From positions 8,950 through 72,949 of the IMG/VR virus record IMGVR_UViG_3300005937_000199: a stretch of DNA of 64,000 nucleotides; one strand, 5' to 3'. The stretch comes from a virus (Duplodnaviria > Caudoviricetes). Made by a program: the position numbers and the translations under genes. The notes beneath the pieces are model-generated. The model was not told the origin of the DNA, did no database searches, and saw nothing but the letters and a program-made list of their open reading frames with translations. This document shows positions 8,670 through 18,300 of this stretch, in pieces (position 1 is the stretch's first letter; every line of letters begins with the position of its first letter).

Positions 8670-9268
8670 TGCCAATCGTCTCTACAAACATCGACGCGGA
8701 GGCGATGCTCGATGACATCGAGATGGTCCTCCAAGACGGTCTGAACGAGGCTCTAGTAGTCGTGTATGCAAACCTCGAAGCTCGGGATCAAGCGCGTGCA
8801 GAACGCCGAGGGATCGAGTACGTGCCCCTGACGTACGCCGATGTTCCGAACGACCACTATCACGTGGGCAACTTCCCCCGCCAAGTGCTGAAGGACGTAC
8901 CAGCCGAGTTGTACCCCTACATCGTGCTTGCCGTCGAGGACATGGTGCCGGACGCCGAGAGTGCCAACCAGGACCACATGAGTGTGTTCAGGCAGCAACT
9001 CGCCGTCCACAGCCTGGCCAACGCGAGCGAGGAGGAGGGGTCGGAGGTCGTCTACCGGCGCGCTCTACGGATGGGAGTGGCGGTGCACACCGTCCTGATG
9101 AGCAATTCGGTGACAAGCCGAATGCTGTCAGGCGTGGTGAACCCTGCCCGGAACCAGGCATCGATCCCGTGGACCTATCGCGAAGGTGGGCGCAATGAGA
9201 ACCGCGCTTGGTATCAGGCGGTTGGCCTCAGCTACGCGATCAAGCTCTACACGAGTCGCTTCGGCTAG
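8669..9268 (+). CDS. probable tail terminator or head-tail joining protein
   Basis: LYPYIVLAVE motif; synteny before the major tail gene. Confidence 0.45.
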   Translation: MPIVSTNIDAEAMLDDIEMVLQDGLNEALVVVYANLEARDQARAERRGIEYVPLTYADVPNDHYHVGNFPRQVLKDVPAELYPYIVLAVEDMVPDAESANQDHMSVFRQQLAVHSLANASEEEGSEVVYRRALRMGVAVHTVLMSNSVTSRMLSGVVNPARNQASIPWTYREGGRNENRAWYQAVGLSYAIKLYTSRFG

Positions 9269-9282
9269 GAGGTGACAAGCAG

Positions 9283-9540
9283 ATGAGCGAATACGTCCTC
9301 AGAGGGTGCGTCCAGCGCGGTCAACGTGTTGGCAGCGTGCTGCTCGGAGAAGGACGCAAGCTAGTCCTCAACGGCGACCCAGTGGAGTTGTCCGACGAGG
9401 AGTACACCAACCTGTCTGCGAGATACCGGCTGGAGCAACAAGCGGCCACCAACTCCGGGCAACCTGACAAGTCGGATGACACTCCGGCTGAAGAACCCAT
9501 CGAAGACTCGATCACCCCTGAGAAGGGAGGTGACAAGTAA
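9283..9540 (+). CDS. small hypothetical protein
   Basis: GGAGGTGACAAG RBS then ATG at 9283. Confidence 0.7.
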   Translation: MSEYVLRGCVQRGQRVGSVLLGEGRKLVLNGDPVELSDEEYTNLSARYRLEQQAATNSGQPDKSDDTPAEEPIEDSITPEKGGDK

Positions 9541-10197
9541 GTGAGCAACTTCTTCCAGAGCCGTCACGGTCTGGACTACGAGCAGGGCTTCATGCAGGGC
9601 GCGGGGCGCATCCTGATCGCGCCTGGCGGCGCGTCAGCGACGTTCCCTGACGCCATCTCGGACATCGTGGACCTGGCAGCGGGAGCGACGATCTACGACG
9701 CGGTGGACCCGTGGGAAGAGGTCGGTTTCACCAAGACCGGCATCAACATCACGCGCAACAACGCCGAGGAGACGTTCACCGTCGATCAGTTGCGGTCGGC
9801 CATCAAGACCAGGCCGTCCAACTGGGAGATGTCGGTTGGCACCCAGCTTGCCGAAACGTCCCTGGAGACGTTCGCGCTGGCCTGGGAGCTTCCCGATCCC
9901 GTGGAGGTCACGGCGGCGGGCGCGGGCACCAAGGGACTCAAGAAGGTTGGCATGGGTGCGCCAACCTCGTACAGCGAGAAGATGCTGTGCGTGCTGTTCC
10001 TCTACCCCGACGACATCGTTCGTGCGTTCGTCTGGCGGCGCTGCCTGCACGCGGCGCAGGAGTCCGGCTTCACGCTCCAGAACACCGGCGAGCAGGTCAG
10101 CCTGCCGTGGCGTCTCAACTGCATGGCAGACGACGAGGCCCCGGACGGCGAGCAGTTCGGCGTGATCTACGAGGAGACACCGGCCACCGGCCCGTAG
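9541..10197 (+). CDS. major tail (tube) protein
   Basis: GAGRILIAP...WEEVGFTKTGINIT...FTVDQ...LAETSLETFALAW is a typical siphovirus tail-tube pattern. Confidence 0.8.
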   Translation: MSNFFQSRHGLDYEQGFMQGAGRILIAPGGASATFPDAISDIVDLAAGATIYDAVDPWEEVGFTKTGINITRNNAEETFTVDQLRSAIKTRPSNWEMSVGTQLAETSLETFALAWELPDPVEVTAAGAGTKGLKKVGMGAPTSYSEKMLCVLFLYPDDIVRAFVWRRCLHAAQESGFTLQNTGEQVSLPWRLNCMADDEAPDGEQFGVIYEETPATGP

Positions 10198-10340
10198 GCC
10201 AACCGGCATGACAGCGTAAGCCACAGGGCAACGCTGAACCACTCAAAGCAAAGGCAATCAGGTGGGCAACAACATGACAACCACACGGAGCGAGGGCGTC
10301 GGGCATGGTGCTCTCGCTCACGTGTGTCAGGGGAGCTGTC

Positions 10341-10829
10341 ATGACTGACTTCATCGAGTTCGAGGTCGATGAGGACGAAGTGATGCGCGGCTTCGACCTT
10401 CAGGAGAAGCTGGTACGAGCGTGGCTGAAGGACTTCATGGGCGACATGGCTGATCTCGGTACCGAGGTCTTGGAGCACTACGCCCCGGAGTGGACCGGCT
10501 ACACGCACCGCCATATCGATCACACATCCTTGCGCTGGCATCCGGGAGGAGCCGGTGGTGGCGGTACCTACGAGATTGTTGTTGGTGTGAAGGCCGGGAC
10601 CAGCTATCACCCGGTCTACCCGAACGTCGGCACCGGCTACTGGGGGCCAACACAGAACCTCATTCGCTCTCCCAAGGGCAACCTGATGTACTTCTACGCC
10701 TCACGCCTGGGGCACGTGATCAGCAAGTACGAAGTCGTCGGCCAGAAGCCGCAGTTCTACCTGTATGACACGTGGCGTGACATGGCGCGCATTCTCGATC
10801 TGCGTTTGTCAACCGAGTTCCTACTGTAA
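10341..10829 (+). CDS. HK97 gp10-like neck/tail-completion protein
   Basis: YAPEWTG and YPNVGTG resemble the gp10-like APVxTG and YVExGT motifs. Confidence 0.55.
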   Translation: MTDFIEFEVDEDEVMRGFDLQEKLVRAWLKDFMGDMADLGTEVLEHYAPEWTGYTHRHIDHTSLRWHPGGAGGGGTYEIVVGVKAGTSYHPVYPNVGTGYWGPTQNLIRSPKGNLMYFYASRLGHVISKYEVVGQKPQFYLYDTWRDMARILDLRLSTEFLL

Positions 10830-10852
10830 ACCGGATCATCAAAGGAGATCCC

Positions 10853-11629
10853 ATGGCAGCAACAACGGAACCCAAGAAGCCAGCAGCGAAGCGCAAGCCG
10901 CTTGCCAAGGATGGCCCGGAGGCCACTCAGGCGGCGAAGGACGCCGAGGCGCTGAACACGCTCGACGGCATGGGCGACACCGCGACCTGGCTCGACAAGC
11001 CGGTTGACGATCTCAGCGAGATCAAGCGCTGGATCATCGGCAAGCCGCCCGAGGAGGGTGGCAAGGACACCGAGTACGCGGTCTACATCCAGCAGCCGCT
11101 TGGCTGGATGGCGCGCAATCGCTTCTTCTCGCTGATCACAGCCGCCTTGTCAAAGGCGATCCGCGCCAGCGGCGGCGAGGTGGCCGGGATGGGCGACATC
11201 TTCGGCAACAACGCTGGCACGATCCGCGAGCGCGGTGCCAGGCTGATGGAGCGCGACTGGCAGGACGCCTCCACCTTCATGACACTGGCAGCCGAACTGT
11301 CAAGCTACGTGCCAGACCTGATGCTGGAGTTCTACTGCATCTGGCTCCAGGTGCCGCCCGGAGAGCGCCCCTGGGCCAAGCTGGTGTTCGAGCAGCCGCA
11401 CGATCCCGAGCGCAACCTGTGGGGGCCGACTGACAGCCAGCATCGCACGATCATCGGCACCTTCATCGACCAGAACTACGAGGGCCTGAGAGAGTTTTTT
11501 ACGACCGACCTGCCAGCAATCGCAAGGCGGGTCGTGGTCAACGAGAGGAATCGACAGGACCGCGAGTCCACATCGGACCAGTCGAAGCCGTCGAACTCGT
11601 CTGGTCCAGTGGTGGAGGTGACAAGCTAG
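10853..11629 (+). CDS. tail assembly chaperone (short form)
   Basis: Located between the tail tube and tape measure genes; contains a slippery T6 run. Confidence 0.75.
   Translation: MAATTEPKKPAAKRKPLAKDGPEATQAAKDAEALNTLDGMGDTATWLDKPVDDLSEIKRWIIGKPPEEGGKDTEYAVYIQQPLGWMARNRFFSLITAALSKAIRASGGEVAGMGDIFGNNAGTIRERGARLMERDWQDASTFMTLAAELSSYVPDLMLEFYCIWLQVPPGERPWAKLVFEQPHDPERNLWGPTDSQHRTIIGTFIDQNYEGLREFFTTDLPAIARRVVVNERNRQDRESTSDQSKPSNSSGPVVEVTS
11494..11500 (+). other. putative -1 programmed frameshift site G-TTT-TTT
   Basis: In-frame GAG TTT TTT ACG in a gene that otherwise favours TTC; the -1 frame is open from here to 12060. Confidence 0.75.
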
Positions 11630-12060
11630 AGGACATCCTCTGCTGGCGCGCGGAGCTATTTGATGCGATCTACGAAGCCATTGTCAAGCGGCGTGCCAGG
11701 GAGGCCGTCGAAGCGCAACGTGACCAGATGGTTGCTGCGCTGTACTCGAACCCGAACTGGGACGAGAGTGGTAATGACAGGCCGGGTCGCATCAAGGAAC
11801 TCAATCGTCACTTCAACAAGACGATTGAACTCATCTACGACCCTGATCTGGATGAGGGCGATGAGCCGGACTGGGACAACCCGTTCTGGCAAGCACATCT
11901 CCGTGGTATGGCTCGCACGCGCGTGCGACTCGGACTGGACAACCCTGACGCCACCGTCAAGGAGGTCATTGACGCCGACGAGGAGCAATCGCGTAGACTA
12001 CGGTTGCTGGAGAACCGCGCCAAGCGGCGTGAGGGACTAGATCAGGTCAACGGTCGTTAG
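11495..12060 (+). CDS. -1-frame extension of the tail assembly chaperone (gpGT-like long form)
   Basis: Stop-free -1 frame reading ...LEDILCWRAELFDAIYEAIVKRRAREAVEAQRDQMVAALYSNPNW... Confidence 0.7.
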
Positions 12061-12087
12061 CAAGCAACATGGCAGAGAGGAGGTGAG

Positions 12088-12324
12088 ATGGTAACCGCAC
12101 GAATGAAGGTGACACGGATCACCCCGATGGGCGATCCCGACAAGCCCTACCAGGTGGAAGTCGAGATGACTCCCGACTATGCCAACGGGGCGAACAAGGA
12201 GTGGTCGCTGGCCACGCCGTCCGGCATGTGTCGGCTGGTGATCGATCCGACCAAGACGGCAGCGTTGGATCAGCTTCCGCTTGGCAAGTCACTTGAATTC
12301 CAGATCGTCCCGAGGGACGACTAG
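12088..12324 (+). CDS. small hypothetical protein (N-x-E-W-x-x-ATPSG motif)
   Basis: GGAGGTG RBS; coding-like codon use. Confidence 0.75.
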   Translation: MVTARMKVTRITPMGDPDKPYQVEVEMTPDYANGANKEWSLATPSGMCRLVIDPTKTAALDQLPLGKSLEFQIVPRDD

Positions 12325-12379
12325 CGGCTAGGCTGAGGATAAGGGTGTCCGGACCCAGCCAGTTGCCACCTCAACTGTC

Positions 12380-15300
12380 ATGAACGAGATGGAATACATC
12401 CTCCGGATCGTCCTCCGCGCAAGGGACGAGCTTGCTGCTGGCTTGGCCAAGGCCCGCACGCAGATCCGTGGCTTCAAGAACGACATCGAGGGTATGGACA
12501 AGGCGACAGCCAACTTGAACAAGACCCTCCATGACTTTGACGGCAACATGGCCAACATCACCAAGAAGCTTGATGCTTGGCGCAGTACACTGAGGGGGAT
12601 TGATAAGGACGGCAAGGATCTTGCCAAGACGTTCGACGGGGTGGGGAAGGCTGCCGAAGCGTCCGCTCGCAAGACCGTCCAGGTCGCGCGTACGCAAGAG
12701 CAGCTTCAGAAGCAAGCACGTGCGCTTCGTGATGAGGTCCGGGAACTCCACAAGGCGCGGCAGCAGGAGGCAGTCGATGCCGACTTCGCTGCCACGAAGT
12801 ACAAGTCGCTAGCCAAGCAGCTTCAGGAAGTCTCTCTGAGGATGTCAGATGCGGCTCGTACCAAGTCGCCTGCCCATTACTGGGCGCAGGAGGCGACCGA
12901 AGCCGCAGAGCAGATCAAGGACGTGAACAAGGAGATCGAGTCCGATCTCCGGGATCACGAAGCTCGCAAGCGCAAGGTCAAGCAGGATGCTCTTGCTCAG
13001 GAGAAGAGGACTGCACGCGAGGTCGTGAGCTTCTGGCAGGAGCTTCACAAGGAACTTGTCAAGGATGAGGAGGCACACGCCGCTGCTGTCTCCAAGATTC
13101 ACCAGGACGAGGCCGACCAGGCAGTTCGCATCGAGCAGGCCCGTCATCAGCGCGAGGCCGAGATCCGCCGTACTGCTGATGCGGCTGATCGTCGCCTAGC
13201 GGAAGCCAAGCGCAAGCGTGAAGAGGAGAACGCCGCTCGTCAGGTCGAGCTTGCTCGAATGCAAGGTCGATTGGCAGCGATCACTGAGCGCGCCCGCGCA
13301 GGCAGGCGGACGGCTGATGACGCCACTGAGCTTCGCCAGCTTGCCAAGGACTATGACCGCCTCGCTCAATCGGTCAAGCACAACCATGAGGAGTTCCGTC
13401 GCTGGGCAGGTCAGGCTCAGCGGATTCGTACCTACTTGACTGCTCTCGGCCACGACGCCGACCGCAACACCTCTCGATTTGGTCGGTTCAGTGCAGCGCT
13501 AAGAGGGTCTGGCGACAACATCGCCACGCTGGATAACAGGCTGCGTGGTATTATTCTCCTCGGCGTTGCCGCCTTCCTAGAGCAGTTGATCACTGCTGTG
13601 GCGGGACTCGGTGGAGAGTTGGTCGCCCTCGCTGGGTCAGCGGCGCAGGCGGGTGGAGCGCTGGGTGGCATCTTGGCTGCTGGTGCTGCCCAGGCGCTCC
13701 CCGTTATTGGCCTGCTGGCCGGGGCGGTGTCTCGTGTCAACTCGGTGATGGAAGCCTTCCAGCAGAATCAGAAGCTTCAGCAGGCGCAGGCTACCGATGC
13801 CGAGAAGGGCCAGCAAAAGGCGATTGATCAAGCCAATGCACTTGCCAGTGCACACGATCAGGTCGCATCGGCCAACGAGCGGTTGACCGAGGCGCGCAAG
13901 GATCTGACGAAGGCGCAGAAGGATGGCCAGGAGCAGCTTGAGGATCTGACGCTCGCTGAGAAGGAAGCTGCACTGGCAGCTAGGGGTGCAGCGCTCAACG
14001 TCAAGGATGCGCAGGAGGCACTACGCCAGGCGGTGGCCGGTGGTGCCAGCGCGACCGAGGTCCAGCAGCGCCAGCTTGCTGTTGAGGAAGCCAAGCTTGC
14101 TGCTACTAAGGCTGGTCGCGATGCACGGCGAGCACGTGGTGAACGTGCTGCTGCCGGTGGCGATATTGGCAACCTAGAGGGTGTTCAGAACGCGGCCAAG
14201 GCGGTCAAGGACGCCGAGCGCGCTGCTGCTTCGGCCGGTCGAGGGCTAGAGCAGGCTGAGGACAAGGCGAACCGCGCTGCTGGCTCCACGATGACGGCGG
14301 CAGCCAACCTGAACTACCTGCTGTCGCAGATGTCCCCGGCCGAGCGCAAGCTCTACACCGCTCTCAACCGGATTTACAAGGACTACCAGAAGATCTTCAT
14401 CGGGGACCGTAAGAAGTCCGGCATCTACGGCACGATCATCTCGTCGTTCGCTGATGCTGTAAACCGAGTTGATCAGATCATGAAGATGCCGCGTGTCCGG
14501 CGCACGCTGCAATCGCTGTCGAACGAGATCGGTAGGCAGATCAGGAAGGTCACGTCGGCGCTCACCAGCGAGGGTGAGCTTGACCAGTTGATGCAGATCA
14601 CCAAGGACGCCCGCGAGAACCTTGGTCCGATCACCGACATGGCGATCAAGTTGGCAGATGCCTTTACCAACATCGCTGTCACTGCCAACCCAGCCTTCCA
14701 GGCACTCCTCGAATACCTTGGCCCCATCGTTGACAAGTTCCTTGCTCTTACCGAAGACTCGGACAAGATGGAGGACTTCTTCTCGACCGGCGAGGAGCAT
14801 CTTGAGGCGTGGCTTGATCTGCTCGGTGCCATCGGTGGCCTGTTCGCTGCGCTATTCGGTGCGTCGGCCGACACCGGCAAGAAGTCGGTTGAGGACCTGA
14901 CGAAGACGATCAAGGACTGGACTGACTGGATCGAGAGCCATCGTGATCGGGTCCAGAAGTTCTTCGAGGACGCCTACAAGGTTGTCAAGCTCATCGGCGG
15001 TGTCCTAGAGGAGCTTGCCGTCCAGCTTGCTGAGACGTTCAACCCTGAGCACCTGGAGAAGTTCGCCAAGTTCTTCGAGGACACGCTACTCCCAGCAGTC
15101 TTTGGCTTCATCCGGACGGTGGGCGATCTGACGGACATCGTTCTGACGTTCGTCAACACCGGTATCGGCTCATTTATCACCAAGGCTGGCATCTTCCTGG
15201 TGCTGTTCGGTGTGATGTCGTCTTCGATCCTCGGCGTCGTTGGCAACATCAAGAAGATGATCGGCATCTTCGGCAGCGCTGTCACCGCGCTTGGCAAGTT

Positions 15301-18300
15301 GGGTGGTGCTGCTGATGAGGTGGGCGATGCGCTAGGTGGCTTGGGCGACGAGGATGAGGATGACGACGGGCGTAAGCGTAAGCGCAAGCGTAAGGTTCGT
15401 CCTCGTGCAGCCCCACGGGCACCGACACCACCGCCGCCTACTCCTGCTCCTGGCGGTGGTGCGCCTAAGGCTGGTGGACTCGGTGGTCTGCTCCGTGGCT
15501 TCGGTGGCGGCGCTGCTGCTGGTGCCGGTGGTGCAGCGGGTGCTGCGGCTGCCCCGGCTGCGGCTGGTGCTGCCGTCCCGCTTGGTATTGCAGCAGCGGT
15601 TCTGTTGGCGGTGGCTGCGGTTGGCCTGCTGCTGGATCACTTTGGCAAGCTGGATGATGTCTGGAAGGGGATCAAGGACACCGCCAACGAGTTCATGGAG
15701 GACATCGAGCCTGCGGTCAAGACGTTGCAGGATGCGCTTGATGACCTGGGCATTCACTTCGGCAGCCTTGAGGATGTCATCGATGGAGTCTGGAAGGTCT
15801 TGGAGGGCCTGGCTGAGTTCATCTCCGTCTACCTGATCGAGACTATCAAGGGACTTGGCAAGGTCATTGGCGGTGTGGTGACCGGGCTGATCTACATCAT
15901 CTCTGGTGTCATCAACCTGATCCACGGCGTTGTCGATGTGCTGATCGGCTTCGGCCGCATCATCGTCGGCATCTTCACACTCGATTGGGACCAGATCAAG
16001 AAGGGCCTGAATCAGATCCTTGATGGCTTGGAGGAGATGGTCAAGGGTGCGATTCAGATCCTCGGTGGCATCATCATTGGCATCATCAAGATCTTCGAGG
16101 GTCTGTGGAAACTCTTCCTCACTCCGTTCAAGGCTGCTTGGGCGGCTGTCAAGAAGTGGTTCGGCATCGACTCGCCGTCGAAGAAGGCAATCGAGCTTGC
16201 AGAAGCGATCATCGATGGCATCAAGGAGGGCCTGAAGGCACTCGGTCGTGCGCTCACCTGGCCGTTCCGCAAGGCGTGGGGTCTGATCAAGGACATCTTT
16301 GGCGCTGAGAAGGTCGAGAAGTTCGGCAAGGACGTGATCGGCTTCCTGGCTGACGGCTTCCGTAAGGGCGTCGATGTTGTCAAGAAGGGTGCCACTTGGG
16401 TTTGGGGTCGCGTCAAGGAGGCGTTTGGCAAGGCGCTGGAGTTTGGCAAGAACATTGCTGGTGCGATTGTCGATGGCCTGAAGACGCTGCCTGATCTGCT
16501 CAAGGATGCAGTCGAAGCGGTCGGCAGCAAGTTCATCGATGTCGGCAAGAAGATCGGTGGCAAGATTGTCGAGGGTGTCAAGTCGGTTGTGAGTTTCATC
16601 AACCCGTTTGATGATGACGACGACAAGAAGAAGAAGCCTGCGCCGAAGCAGCAGCCGACACAGCGCCAGAACGCCACCCGCGCCAATGTCGATCAGGCTG
16701 TCATCCCGTTCGGGGCGAAGGATCTGGAGACGGCTCAGACGATGTGGTCTGAGTTCTGGAAGCAGATGCGCGCCTCGGCCAAGAGCGGCACCGACGCGAT
16801 CCAGCGTGAGTTCCGCCAGATGCGGATCTCCACAACGCAGTCGGCCGACCGGATGTACCGTGACATCCGTGCCAGCATCGCTGATATCCAGAACAGCTTC
16901 CGTACCCGCAGCACGTCGATCCTCAACAACTGGACTGACAAGTGGTACAACATCGACAAGGTTGCGCATGACGGCCTGAGCTACATCGCCCGCGAGACGA
17001 ACAAGGCGCTCAAGGGGCTTGATGAGAAGCAGGTCAGCTTCGGTCTGGCTGCGCCGAAGAAGGCTGATGATGGCAAGGCGGCTGGCGGATTCATCGGCAG
17101 GATGGGTCAGCGTGGTCGTGACCGTGGCTTCTACGCGCTCGGTGCTGGCGAAGCGGTGCTGAACTGGATGCACCAGCGTGTCGTGGAGCCTGCCATGAAT
17201 GCCTTCTACGGCTTCGGGCTGAACGAGATGTTCGGTCGCACTCGCGGCCATCACGCTGGCGGTCCTGGTCAGGGTGGCTTCGCTGCCGGTGGCATCGTGC
17301 CGATCCCCGGCTTCCCTGGCGAGTCGATCCATAGCAGCATCCTTGGTGATGTCCTCAAGCTCGTCAAGCAGTACAAGCTGACGATCTACGACGGCCTCGG
17401 TGGCTCGCCGCCGCACGCTGCCAACTCGGATCACAAGTGGGGTGGCGCGATTGACGCCGGTCCAGGTCCGGGTGGCTCGTGGGATCTGGTGGACAAGTTG
17501 GCAGCGTGGGCCGAGCCGACGCAAGGCAACCCGCGCTCGCCGTTCCGCTGGGTCGGCTACAACGGCGATCCGAACCATGGTCGCGGCAATCACATCCACT
17601 TGTCATGGATCAAGGGCAAGACGCTGGGTGCGGTTGGCGACATCGTTACGACGATCATGCGCCGGATTGTCACTGGTGACGATGGTTCGCTCAAGACCAT
17701 CATCCAGTCTGCGCTCGACAAGACCCGCAAGGTTGCTAACAAGTTCCTTGATTCAAAGGCGACGATCCCGGTCACCGAAGGCTACGAGGGCAAGAAGGTC
17801 AAGGGTGTCCTCACCGAAGCTCAGGTTCAGAGCACGATCCGCAAGGCTCTCAACATCCTTGACATCACGACCAGCGTTGCTCTGTGGGTAAAGGCGCTCA
17901 CTCGGCAGGCGCATCGTGAGTCCGGCTTTGATCCGAACGCTGTCAACAACTGGGATATCAACGCGCAGCGCGGCGATCCATCTAAGGGTCTGATCCAGAC
18001 CATCGGGGCGACGTTCTCGCGCTTCAAGTTCCCAGGCCACGACAACATCTTCAACCCGCTTGACAATGTTCTGGCGGCGATTCGCTACATCATCGCTACC
18101 TACGGCGGCGGTGACGCGGATCGTGGCGCTCAGGTGATTTGGGGTCGTGGTGGCGGTGCCTATCGTGAGGGCGGTGTTGTGCCTGGTGGCGATGGCCAGC
18201 CACGGCACATCATGGCTCACGCTGGCGAGTGGGTGCTGAACAAGATCCAGCAATCTCGCGTTGCCAACATGCTTGGCTTGTCGCGTGGCGGGCTTGGTTC

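Larger units (their letters stand above)
6273..11625 (+). repeat. dispersed GGAGGTGACAAG element (SD + TGACAA)
   Basis: Exact copies at 6273, 9268, 9526 and 11614; variants GGGGGTGACAAC at 7354 and GGAGTTGACAAG at about 8098. Confidence 0.8.

Noticed and set aside
10218-10262. c-di-GMP-I riboswitch resemblance (CACAGGGCAA...GCAAAG)
   Set aside because: No GNRA-capped P2 stem or receptor motif at the right spacing.
15332-17599. Long minus-strand ORFs opposite major genes (755 aa here; also 6235-7593, 22372-23826, 24148-25680, 26781-28235, 47596-49047, 55471-56754)
   Set aside because: They are shadow frames expected opposite high-GC3 genes, with no RBS or motifs.
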